A DNA stretch of 32,000 nucleotides from Opitutales bacterium. GTDB taxonomy: Bacteria; Verrucomicrobiota; Verrucomicrobiia; Opitutales; Intestinicryptomonadaceae. The translations under genes and the position numbers were made by a program. Shown here in pieces: positions 9,467 to 18,111 of the stretch. How positions within the stretch are numbered: position 1 is the first letter of the stretch; every line of letters begins with the position of its first letter. Location of the stretch: contig JAWXTY010000019.1 in NCBI GenBank assembly GCA_044433115.1, positions 5,695 through 37,694 of the forward strand, given 5' to 3'. The notes beneath the pieces were generated by a model. The model was not told the origin of the DNA. It saw only the letters and a list, made by a program, of their open reading frames with translations, and made no database searches.

Positions 9467-10554
9467 GTAATTTTGTAATTTCCTGTGGAGGAACTGGAGG
9501 GCATTTAGTGCCAGGTATAGCTATAGGAGAGGCTCTTATAGCTAAGGGGCATAATGTAATTTTTGTAATTAGCAAAAAGGATATAGATTCCAAGATTGCA
9601 GAAAAATACCCACGCTTAGAGTTTGTAAAAGTAAATAGTAGCCCCTTTTCGCTAAATCCAATTAAGGCACTAAAATTTTTATACAACTTATACTTGGGAT
9701 TTTTGGACGCAAAAACTTTGATAAAATTTAGAGATTGCAAAGTCGCTATAGCATTTGGAGGCTTTAATTCTTTGCCAATTTCGCTCGCTTCAAAATTCTT
9801 AAAGCGACACTTAGTTCTGCACGAGTCTAATATGAAAGTTGGCAAATCTATAAGGGTCTTAGGGCATATTGCAGATAAAATTTACATACCCCATGGGGCG
9901 AATATCAATAGAAAAAAGAATAGCATTGTAAAGCACGCAGGCTATCCTATACGTAAGGAAATTAAACGCTTAGACAAGACGACATCTAAGGAAAAATTTG
10001 GCTTTGCTTCTTATGAAAAAGTACTCTTAGTTGTAGGTGGAAGTCAAGGAGCTGTTGCCCTAAATAAGTTTGTAGATAGCAATATAGAAAAATTCAAGAC
10101 AGACGATATTTCAGTTTTATGCGTATGTGGGGCTAATTATAGCAACACAGATAGCATTGAATATCTAGGATCAGATGGCAAAACTCGACATATCAAAAAA
10201 ATGGTCTTTTGTTCAGATATGGCAAGTGCCTTGTCTTGCTGTGAGGTGGTTATAGCAAGGTCTGGAGCTGGCTCTATAGCAGAGTTTGCAAAGTGCAAAG
10301 TGCCTTCGATTTTAGTGCCTCTACCTACTTCTGCAGACGACCATCAAAAGGCAAATGCCCTAAAGGTAGAACGTTTGGGAGCTTGCATAATGCTAGAGCA
10401 AAAAAATATATCAAAGCTCTACGATGAGACATTCAATTTATTCTTCAACAAGAACTTAAAGCATATTATGAAAGATAATCTAACTCGTATAGATGAAATG
10501 AATAATATCAATGATATGCTCAAAGAAATTGAAGCAATAGCACAAGGTAAATAA
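9463..10554 (+). CDS. murG: UDP-N-acetylglucosamine--N-acetylmuramyl-(pentapeptide) pyrophosphoryl-undecaprenol GlcNAc transferase
   Basis: N-terminal GGTGGH motif (SCGGTGGHLVPGIAIGEAL); central GGSQGA. 4-nt overlap with ftsW. Synteny. Confidence 0.9.
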   Translation: MSNFVISCGGTGGHLVPGIAIGEALIAKGHNVIFVISKKDIDSKIAEKYPRLEFVKVNSSPFSLNPIKALKFLYNLYLGFLDAKTLIKFRDCKVAIAFGGFNSLPISLASKFLKRHLVLHESNMKVGKSIRVLGHIADKIYIPHGANINRKKNSIVKHAGYPIRKEIKRLDKTTSKEKFGFASYEKVLLVVGGSQGAVALNKFVDSNIEKFKTDDISVLCVCGANYSNTDSIEYLGSDGKTRHIKKMVFCSDMASALSCCEVVIARSGAGSIAEFAKCKVPSILVPLPTSADDHQKANALKVERLGACIMLEQKNISKLYDETFNLFFNKNLKHIMKDNLTRIDEMNNINDMLKEIEAIAQGK

Positions 10555-10555
10555 A

Positions 10556-11767
10556 GTGAAAAGTTATTATCTTGGAGGTATATGTGGTATGGGAATGACG
10601 CCCCTTGCCCTATTGTTGAAAAACGAAAACACAAAGGTTTTTGGTTTTGATAACTGCCCAAATCCTGAGATTGTGAGTATGCTTAAAGCTAATGATATTG
10701 AGGTATTTGCAGATTACGACCCCTCGCTAAATTTCGATAGCTTCATCATAACTACTGCTATGCTAAATAGGGATTTTAAAGGGCAAGCTTTCACGCAAAG
10801 AGGGCAAGCTTTTGCAGAGTTTTGTGCTACAAGAAAGCTTGTAGCTATAGTTGGCAGCCACGGCAAAACTAGCGTTACAAATATGTGCAGTTACCTTATA
10901 AATTCTAAAGAGGACTGCGATATTGGCTATATGCTTGGGGCTATGCCTTGCGGGGATTATTTGCCTGCTAAAACTTGCACGCAAGGCTCGTATATATTAG
11001 CTGAAATCGACGAAAGCGACGCTACTATAGAGAACTTTTCGCCTGAAATCTGCTGTGCTTTAAACTTTGATTTAGACCACACTAATACTTATGCAAACAA
11101 GGCTGATTTGCTGGCTATGTTCGAGCGTCTTTTTGATAGAACTAAGGGCAAAATCCTAGTTCCTAAAAACTCTAAAGAGCTATGCCTCTTGGCTGAAAAT
11201 TCTGCCAAAGACTACCTTATTGTAGAGACAGATAACACTGATTTTGACAGCTTTAATAAGTCTATTGCAAGTGCCTTAATGGGGGTAGTTTTCGATGAAG
11301 AGCTAAGCGTAAATTCGCTTAAAAATTTTAAAGGCACAAAGCGTAGACAAGAAATTCTTTTAGAAAATGACAAGCTCATTGCCCTTGCAGACTATGCTCA
11401 TCACCCAAGCGAAGTTGAAGCATTTTTCAAGTGGCTTAACGCAAAGCAAAGTGCAAAAAAGATTATATTTTTCCAGCCTCATAGATACACGAGAACTAAG
11501 CAATTTCACGAGACCTTTAAGAATATTTTGCTCAAGCAATGCAAAAATAATTCTAAAATTTACCTACTGCCTGTGTATGCTGCAAGCGAAACTTTCGATG
11601 CAAACGCAAGCTCTGAGCTAATCACTCAAGGCACTTGCCTCGAGCTAATTGCTTTAGAGGACATGAAAGATACTATAAATAAAGAACTAAAAGAGGCTAA
11701 TGAGAAAGTTTGCCTTGCATTTGTAGGGGCTGGAGATGTATATTTTAAGGCGAAAGATTTATTATGA
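10556..11767 (+). CDS. murC: UDP-N-acetylmuramate--L-alanine ligase (short, 403 aa; GTG start)
   Basis: GICGMGM Rossmann motif, GSHGKTSVT P-loop, AEIDESD, DYAHHPSE and FQPHRYTRT. The last two favour MurC over Mpl. Synteny. Confidence 0.85.
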   Translation: MKSYYLGGICGMGMTPLALLLKNENTKVFGFDNCPNPEIVSMLKANDIEVFADYDPSLNFDSFIITTAMLNRDFKGQAFTQRGQAFAEFCATRKLVAIVGSHGKTSVTNMCSYLINSKEDCDIGYMLGAMPCGDYLPAKTCTQGSYILAEIDESDATIENFSPEICCALNFDLDHTNTYANKADLLAMFERLFDRTKGKILVPKNSKELCLLAENSAKDYLIVETDNTDFDSFNKSIASALMGVVFDEELSVNSLKNFKGTKRRQEILLENDKLIALADYAHHPSEVEAFFKWLNAKQSAKKIIFFQPHRYTRTKQFHETFKNILLKQCKNNSKIYLLPVYAASETFDANASSELITQGTCLELIALEDMKDTINKELKEANEKVCLAFVGAGDVYFKAKDLL

Positions 11768-12678
11768 AAGATTTAAAAATTATAGTTTTATGTGGAGGAA
11801 TTTCTCCTGAACGAGATGTGTCTCTTGTCAGTGGCGACTACCTTGCTAAAGCTTTGTCGAAGTTCTACTCTGTAGAAAAAATTATCCTAGAAGAGAATAA
11901 AATACCAGCAAATTTAGACCCAAAAACTTGCATAGTTCACCCTGTGCTACACGGCGAATACGGCGAAAATGGCGACTTGCAAAAAGACCTTGAAGACGCT
12001 GGAATTACTTATGTAGGCTCTAATTCTTTGTCGAGCAAGTTGTGTATGTTAAAGCCTGCGACTAAAGCTTTTATAAGAAATGTTGGGGTAAAAACTGCAA
12101 AGGAATTTATTTTTGATAAAAGCGACAAAATCTCTGCAAAAGCCCTAAGAGAAAGCCTTGGCGATAGAATAATTATCAAGCCTGCAGACAAAGGCTCTAG
12201 CGTTGGGCTAAGCTTTTGCGACTCTTTAGAAAAGCTAGAAATTGCATTACAAAACTTGCCAGAAGGCGAGTGCTTAGCTGAGAGCTATTTTGAAGGTAGA
12301 GAGCTATCTGTGGGCGTACTCGGTGGCGAAGTTACTGGTATTGTGGAAATTGCACCAGCTGAGGGCTTGTATGATTACGAGACAAAATACAATGCAACTG
12401 ACACAAAATATACCTGCCCTGCTCTATTAGATAAGGAAATTGAAAGCCAAATTAAAGAGGCTGCACTCAAGATTTTTAATATTTGCCAATGTAGAGACTT
12501 TGCCCGAATTGACTTTATTGTAAAGGGAAAGGACTTCATTTGCCTTGAAGTGAACACTCTACCTGGAATGACACCTTCAAGTTTATTGCCAAAAACTGCA
12601 ACTTGTGTAGGTTTAGACTTTGACAATCTCTGTAAAAAAATGCTATCTTATGCTATAGAAAGACATAAGAATAAATAA
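11764..12678 (+). CDS. ddl: D-alanine--D-alanine ligase
   Basis: HGEYGENG and EVNTLPGMT ATP-grasp motifs. 4-nt overlap with murC. Precedes ftsQ. Confidence 0.9.
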   Translation: MKDLKIIVLCGGISPERDVSLVSGDYLAKALSKFYSVEKIILEENKIPANLDPKTCIVHPVLHGEYGENGDLQKDLEDAGITYVGSNSLSSKLCMLKPATKAFIRNVGVKTAKEFIFDKSDKISAKALRESLGDRIIIKPADKGSSVGLSFCDSLEKLEIALQNLPEGECLAESYFEGRELSVGVLGGEVTGIVEIAPAEGLYDYETKYNATDTKYTCPALLDKEIESQIKEAALKIFNICQCRDFARIDFIVKGKDFICLEVNTLPGMTPSSLLPKTATCVGLDFDNLCKKMLSYAIERHKNK

Positions 12679-12681
12679 ACA

Positions 12682-13548
12682 ATGCCAAAAGAAGTCCAAA
12701 AGCCAAAGACTTGGAAAGACTTAAAAGTATCAAGCAAAATAGAAAAACCTAGATTGAGTTTTTACGCTAGGTTAAAGATTTTCTTTGTGTATATAAAATA
12801 CTCTATTGTCTTTGCACTCCTTGTCTGCATAGCTCTTGGGCTTTATGTTTTGTATAAGACTGAAACTATAGATAAGTACATACAAAACGACTCGCAAAAA
12901 ATTAAGAATTTTCTCTTTGAAGAAGATAAAAATATCACAGGAAAGTGGCTCTGGGACTTCACTCAACTAAGGGCAAATACGCCCCTTGATGCCATTGATA
13001 TATTTGAGATAAAGCAACGTATCGAGCGACTCAATCAAATTGATAGCGTAAAAATAGAAAAGATTTATCCTGACACCCTCAAGGTTTCTATAGAGGAAAA
13101 AGACTGTATTGCAAAGACTTACAGCAATGACAAGCTACTTATAATGTCGAGCAAAGGCGAGTTTTACGAACCTATATGCCTGAGCCAAGAGCTTCTTTCG
13201 ACTCTAATTGAGCTATCCGACTTAAAAATAGAAACTAAGGGCGAAAAGTATCTTCCTTTCGACAAAGCACCTATGCTTAAAGAGCTTTTATTTATCGCCA
13301 CAAATGCCGATGGGGTTGATTTTAGTTCTTGGCAAAAAATAAATATGAAAAAAGCAAATTATCTAGTTGAACCTCTTATGGAAATTCATACTATAGATGA
13401 TATGAAAATTATATTTTCATTTGGCAACTACAAAGAACAACTTTTAAAACTAAAGGCTACTTTGGAATTTAGCAAAAAAAATGCAGTGCGATTTGAGCAA
13501 ATAGACTTGTCGCTAAAGGATAGAGCAGACGTAAAACTTAAAGAATAA
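12682..13548 (+). CDS. ftsQ: Cell division protein FtsQ/DivIB-like (single TM plus POTRA)
   Basis: Basic N-terminus and one TM (IVFALLVCIALGLYVLY). POTRA-like IKQRIERLNQIDSVKIEKIYPDTLKVSIEEKDCIA. Position between ddl and ftsA. The sequence is otherwise divergent. Confidence 0.75.
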   Translation: MPKEVQKPKTWKDLKVSSKIEKPRLSFYARLKIFFVYIKYSIVFALLVCIALGLYVLYKTETIDKYIQNDSQKIKNFLFEEDKNITGKWLWDFTQLRANTPLDAIDIFEIKQRIERLNQIDSVKIEKIYPDTLKVSIEEKDCIAKTYSNDKLLIMSSKGEFYEPICLSQELLSTLIELSDLKIETKGEKYLPFDKAPMLKELLFIATNADGVDFSSWQKINMKKANYLVEPLMEIHTIDDMKIIFSFGNYKEQLLKLKATLEFSKKNAVRFEQIDLSLKDRADVKLKE

Positions 13549-13550
13549 TT

Positions 13551-14744
13551 ATGAACGAAAGCAAGATTGTTACAGCGATTGACATAGCAAATTCAAAAGT
13601 GCAAGTTTTTGTAGGTGAGATAGTTGACAGAAGAGAGCTAAGAATTATATCTGCTGGCAATACGCATAGTTTTGGTATAAAAAAATCGAATATTTTGGAT
13701 ATTCAAGCCTTGTCGAAATCTGTAGAAGAAGCAATTTTAAAGGCTGAAAAGCGTATAAAAATAGACAATTCTAAGGTGTATATATCTATGAGTGGCTCGC
13801 ACTTAGAGGGTATGAAAAGCCTTGGCTCTGCAAATATAAGAAGTGCAGATAATGTTGTTTCTCAAGAAGATATAAAAAGAGCAAACGCTGACGCAATGTC
13901 GAAAACTCTCCCTGAGGATAGAACTTTTATCAATATGATTAATTGTGGATATTACCTCGATGGCGAATTTTGCCAAGAGCCACTAGGCAAGATTGCAAAC
14001 AGAATTGACGCAGAATATTGGCTAGTTCACGGCGATTGCGACGAGATTGCTAAAATCGTTTCTGTTTTGAAAAATTTAGATATAGAAGCTGACGAGCTTG
14101 TGTTGTCGTCCATTGCGTCGGCTCTTGCAGTGAGTACTAAAAACGACAGAAATGAGGGCGTACTTGTCATAGATATAGGGGCAGGAACGACTGATTATGT
14201 GATATATAAGAACTCAAAAGTCTCAATTACAGGCTCTATAAGCGTTGGAGGCGAGCATATCACAAACGACTTAGCTCACGGAATTAGGCTTTGCCAAAAG
14301 AATGCCGAAAAGCTTAAAAAAGTGTCGAAGGCGACTATGCAAGAAGACGAGCGTAAGGGGACAACTTGGGCTTTAGGCGATAAGCAAATTGGTGATAGGA
14401 AAGTGCCTCTAAAGGCTATAAATACTATAATTAAAGCACGCCTTGAAGAGACTTTCTTGCTAGTAAGAGATGAGCTGGCAAATAACTTAAATGCTGATAT
14501 ACAATGCGTTATACTCACAGGTGGCACTGCGAATATGCTGGGGATAACTGAAGTAGCCCAAGGTGTTTTCAACAAAAAGTGCATTGCTGATAAGTTTAAT
14601 TCAAACGTACACGAAACTTTTAGACGCAACGAACACGCAACTTGTATAGGCTTATTAAACTATGCCTTTGAAAGCGAAATACACGAAGCTCAAAGCATTG
14701 ATGGCGACAATCTATTCTCTAAAATCTTTAAGGTGTTTAAATAA
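13551..14744 (+). CDS. ftsA: Cell division protein FtsA (actin-like ATPase)
   Basis: Actin-fold phosphate motif VIDIGAGTTD and LTGGTANM. C-terminal amphipathic LFSKIFKVFK resembles a membrane-targeting helix. Synteny. Confidence 0.88.
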   Translation: MNESKIVTAIDIANSKVQVFVGEIVDRRELRIISAGNTHSFGIKKSNILDIQALSKSVEEAILKAEKRIKIDNSKVYISMSGSHLEGMKSLGSANIRSADNVVSQEDIKRANADAMSKTLPEDRTFINMINCGYYLDGEFCQEPLGKIANRIDAEYWLVHGDCDEIAKIVSVLKNLDIEADELVLSSIASALAVSTKNDRNEGVLVIDIGAGTTDYVIYKNSKVSITGSISVGGEHITNDLAHGIRLCQKNAEKLKKVSKATMQEDERKGTTWALGDKQIGDRKVPLKAINTIIKARLEETFLLVRDELANNLNADIQCVILTGGTANMLGITEVAQGVFNKKCIADKFNSNVHETFRRNEHATCIGLLNYAFESEIHEAQSIDGDNLFSKIFKVFK

Positions 14745-15490
14745 TGAGTGCGATATTTAAAAATATAAAAATGGTAGGCGTAGGCAAAGGCGGCACAAAG
14801 CTTGTTGAAAGGCTCACTGGCACTGTATTTAGTTCTATGCCAGCATTGGCTATATCTACAAATCAAGCAGACTTAGAGGAGTTGAAAATAAGAGAAAAAA
14901 TCTTAATTCCAAGAGAGGCAAAAAGCACTAAAGAGCAAGTAATTAAAATACGCAAAAGCATTCACTCTTATACTTGCGTGCTAATTTTCGCTCAATTTGG
15001 CGATGACAATTCTGCCCATCTCGCCCCTGCAATGGCGAATATTGCAAGCGATATGAACATAGAAAGCCTTGCGATTTGTTCTATAAGCAAGAAGCTTGAC
15101 AAATACGCAAGTGTTTCTGTACAAAAGCTTAAGCAACATTGCAAACATATTTTATGGCTTAGTAGCGATATGACTATAAGCGAAATTTTCAGCCAAAATG
15201 AGATACTAAGCTCCTTGGCTTTCCTTAGTGATATAGAAAAGCAAAACGCACTGCCAGCCCAAGAAGAAAGCCCTGCCGAACATAGGTCTTTCATAGATAA
15301 AATCATTGGCAGAAAGCCTAAAAAGCCTGAAGTTTTGAACGCCCAAGAAGTCTTAACCCAAGACGAGTTTGGCTTTAATACTCTATCTGAGCAACGTGGC
15401 TTTTTCCAGCATACGCCTCGAAATATGTATAATGGTATAGACTTAGATGTGCCAACTTATTTGCGTAAAAATTTAAAAATCCATTTATAA
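14744..15490 (+). CDS. Truncated, motif-degenerate FtsZ-like protein (N-terminal domain relic, linker and FtsZ-type C-terminal peptide)
   Basis: Occupies the ftsZ slot; its start overlaps the ftsA stop as TAATG. IKMVGVGKGGTKLVERL aligns with the FtsZ IKVIGVGGGGGNAVNRM. VLIFAQFGDDNSAHLAPAMANIA aligns with the VFITAGMGGGTGTGAAPVIA region, but the tubulin signature is lost. No T7/NxDxxD loop or C-terminal domain. C-terminal DLDVPTYLRKNL resembles the FtsZ conserved tail D(I/L)PxFLR(K/R). Confidence 0.65.
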   Translation: MSAIFKNIKMVGVGKGGTKLVERLTGTVFSSMPALAISTNQADLEELKIREKILIPREAKSTKEQVIKIRKSIHSYTCVLIFAQFGDDNSAHLAPAMANIASDMNIESLAICSISKKLDKYASVSVQKLKQHCKHILWLSSDMTISEIFSQNEILSSLAFLSDIEKQNALPAQEESPAEHRSFIDKIIGRKPKKPEVLNAQEVLTQDEFGFNTLSEQRGFFQHTPRNMYNGIDLDVPTYLRKNLKIHL

Positions 15491-15504
15491 GAGAAAGAAA
15501 AAAT

Positions 15505-15798
15505 ATGATAACACACTTTGTAGTAATGAGAACGCCTATGGGCAAAAATCAAAAAGAACTCTTAGAGGGGCTAAATACGCTTAAGGAAATTAAGGGCAAT
15601 TATAGCCTACACTTTGGTTGCCCTCTTGCTAGTGCAAGACCTGTAGTTGACGACACTTTTACTGTTGCTCTATCTCTAACTTGCGATAGCCAAGAGGCTC
15701 TAAGTGCTTATTTGGTAGACCCTATTCACGTGAAATTTGGCGAAAACTACCTCAAGAAATACGACGTAAAAATAACTGTATATGATGTTCAATCCTAA
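15505..15798 (+). CDS. Dabb (stress-responsive alpha/beta barrel) domain protein
   Basis: 97 aa. N-terminal MITHFVVMR and C-terminal DPIHVKFGENYLKKY fit the Dabb-family pattern (hydrophobic H-V-V start, HxxF late). Confidence 0.65.
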   Translation: MITHFVVMRTPMGKNQKELLEGLNTLKEIKGNYSLHFGCPLASARPVVDDTFTVALSLTCDSQEALSAYLVDPIHVKFGENYLKKYDVKITVYDVQS

Positions 15799-17158
15799 AG
15801 CTCAAAAAGCTGCTTTATATATAGCAGAACAAGTCGCAGCCTTAGGGGGCAAAGCTTACTATGTTGGTGGTTGCGTAAGAGACTCCATTCTCAACAAGGA
15901 AGCAAAAGATATTGATATTGAGATATTTGGGCTAGAAGCGAAAGATATTGAAAAGATTTTATCTAAGCGATTTAAGATAGAAAGCGTTGGCAAAAGCTTT
16001 GGAGTTTGGATACTTAAAGGCTATCAAATTGATGTATCTATGCCTCGCAAAGAGACAAAATCTGGCTTAGGGCATAAGTCTTTTGAGATAATTGGCGACC
16101 CATTTTTACCTGTAGAAGAAGCTTGTGCAAGGCGTGATTTCACTATAAATGCTATGCTTTGCGATATATTAACAGGCGAGATTATAGACTGTTATAATGG
16201 CAGGCAAGATATTCAAAATAAGGTACTTAGACATACTACAGACAAGTTTGTAGAAGACCCGCTTCGTGTGCTAAGAGCTATGCAGTTCGCTGCACGCTTC
16301 GACTTAGACGTCGCCCCTGAGACTGTAGAAATTTCTAAAACAATATCTATAGAAAACCTCCCAAAAGAACGCATATTCCAAGAGTGGAAAAAGCTTTTAT
16401 TAAAAGGCAACAAAATTTCTAAGGGGCTATTTTTCCTAAGAGACTGCAACTGGGTGAGATACTTCCCTGAATTGGCAGAACTAGTTGACTGCCCTCAAGA
16501 TGCAATCTGGCACCCCGAAGGCGATGTATACAGACACACTGCCTTTTGCTTAGACTCTTTTGCCAAAGACAGAATTGGCGACGAAAGAGAGGACTTGATT
16601 GTGGGGCTATCTATCCTTTGCCACGACTTGGGAAAGCCTAAGTGTACTGTAATTGAAGCAGATGGCAGGATACGCTCGCACGGACACGATATGGTAGGGG
16701 GTAAAGTTGCGAAGAAATTCCTCAAAAGCATAACTGACGAAAGAGCTATCATTGAAGAAGTTACACCTCTTGTTGAAAGACATATGGCTATACTTGACTT
16801 GTGGCGTAACAAGGCAGGCGATAGTGCAATAAGAAGACTTGCGAACAAAGTTAAGAGAATAGACAGGCTAATTCGTGTAGACAAGGCAGATAGAGAGGGT
16901 CGCCCTCCTATAATTGCCGAAGAGTCGCCTCAAGGGCAATGGATACTCGAAAGAGCAAACGAGCTTAAAATCAAAGACTCTGCTCCAAAGCCTATACTTA
17001 TGGGTAGGCACTTAATGGAGCTTGGGATTAAACCTAGTTTTCACTTTGGCAAGTACTTAGAAGAGTGCTATGAGGCTCAGCTAGATGGAAAGTTTTTCGA
17101 CCTAGAAGGGGCTATAAAGTACTTTAAGGAAAACGTAAAACTAGTAGAAATTCCTTAA
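15782..17158 (+). CDS. cca: CCA-adding tRNA nucleotidyltransferase / poly(A) polymerase family with HD domain
   Basis: YVGGCVRDSILNKEAKDIDIE (GGxVRD...DxD nucleotidyltransferase head), RRDFTINA, and the HD motif LCHDLGKP. Confidence 0.85.
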   Translation: MMFNPKAQKAALYIAEQVAALGGKAYYVGGCVRDSILNKEAKDIDIEIFGLEAKDIEKILSKRFKIESVGKSFGVWILKGYQIDVSMPRKETKSGLGHKSFEIIGDPFLPVEEACARRDFTINAMLCDILTGEIIDCYNGRQDIQNKVLRHTTDKFVEDPLRVLRAMQFAARFDLDVAPETVEISKTISIENLPKERIFQEWKKLLLKGNKISKGLFFLRDCNWVRYFPELAELVDCPQDAIWHPEGDVYRHTAFCLDSFAKDRIGDEREDLIVGLSILCHDLGKPKCTVIEADGRIRSHGHDMVGGKVAKKFLKSITDERAIIEEVTPLVERHMAILDLWRNKAGDSAIRRLANKVKRIDRLIRVDKADREGRPPIIAEESPQGQWILERANELKIKDSAPKPILMGRHLMELGIKPSFHFGKYLEECYEAQLDGKFFDLEGAIKYFKENVKLVEIP

Positions 17159-18102
17159 AAGCGAAGGACTTCTTCGTTTTTTGCTGACGCTAAAATATCG
17201 CCATTTTTAAAGACAAATCCCTTAAGGAAGTCTTTGATAGACATAGATTTAGCACAAGGCTTTTGTAGTTCGAGTATATTCAACAAAGAGTCTTTGCAGG
17301 CTATCTTTAAAGATGAGCCATCGCAAAGAATTTCGCCAACTTGCATAGACTTATTCAAAGGCTCAAAACTTGTTTTAAGCACCTTTATATCCAAGTTTTC
17401 ATAAGTAAAAATACCTGAAGAAAAGCCACGTATTCTATTGAACAACTCCCTTGCAGTCTTGTTGAAATCAAGGTATAAATCGCCCTTATTTAGCTTTCGA
17501 ACATAAGTTGCCTTAGCTTCATCTTGGGGGGTAAATTGCAGTTGCTGATTAGAAATTTTCTCTAAATTTTCTGCAAGAACTTCACTTGCCAAAATGCCAA
17601 TTTTTTCTCTTAGACTTTGGGCTGTGTCGCTATCTTCTATGGATATTTCCTTGCAATCTGCAACATCGCCTGCGTCCATTCTCTTGCCTATTTTCATTAG
17701 GCAAACTCCCGTTTTAGCCTTGCCTGTAGCAATCGCACATTCCACAGGGGAAGCCCCTCTAAATTCTGGCAATATAGAGCCGTGCAAGTTCAAGCAGTAG
17801 TTGCCATAATTTAAAATGCCATCTCTGAGTATAGAGCCGTATGCCATTACAAAAATGACATCAATTCCAAGAGCATAGAAATCCTCAACAAGTAAATCTT
17901 CCTCGTTTTTGTTTGGTCTAAATAGCTTAATATCATTATCTAATGCAAAAGCACTAACATCATTTGGGCTAAGTTTTTTGCCCCTACCCTTTTCTCGGTC
18001 GGGGTTACTAACTACGCAAGCAAGCTCGCAAATACTAGAGTGCATAAGTACTTTTATGCTCTCTATTGCGATTTTATCTGAGGCAAAAAACGCTACTTTC
18101 AT
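17155..18102 (-). CDS. fmt: Methionyl-tRNA formyltransferase
   Basis: HGSILPEFRGASPVECAI (formyltransferase HxSLLPxxRG motif), 315 aa, C-terminal Fmt domain. Its stop overlaps the cca stop (TTAA). Confidence 0.88.
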   Translation of the reverse strand: MKVAFFASDKIAIESIKVLMHSSICELACVVSNPDREKGRGKKLSPNDVSAFALDNDIKLFRPNKNEEDLLVEDFYALGIDVIFVMAYGSILRDGILNYGNYCLNLHGSILPEFRGASPVECAIATGKAKTGVCLMKIGKRMDAGDVADCKEISIEDSDTAQSLREKIGILASEVLAENLEKISNQQLQFTPQDEAKATYVRKLNKGDLYLDFNKTARELFNRIRGFSSGIFTYENLDIKVLKTSFEPLNKSMQVGEILCDGSSLKIACKDSLLNILELQKPCAKSMSIKDFLKGFVFKNGDILASAKNEEVLRF

Positions 18103-18111
18103 TTAAGAAAA

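Noticed and set aside
10556-12678. No murB between murC and ddl.
   Set aside because: murB lies outside the dcw cluster in many bacteria (E. coli, for example), so its absence from this window says nothing about its absence from the genome.
16213-16884. Minus-strand ORFs 16213-16449 and 16495-16884 inside cca. Also 17594-17800, 17909-18106, 18099-18347, 19115-19330, 20715-20900 and 21697-22101, opposite or overlapping fmt, der, the aminotransferase and the methyltransferase.
   Set aside because: They overlap genes with clear catalytic motifs, so they are probably spurious. 18099-18347 is simply another frame of the der basic-tail region.
17155-17158. cca (+) and fmt (-) converge with overlapping stop codons (TTAA) and no terminator between them.
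   Set aside because: The overlap is real, but it is a common consequence of genome compaction. There is no evidence for a regulatory role.
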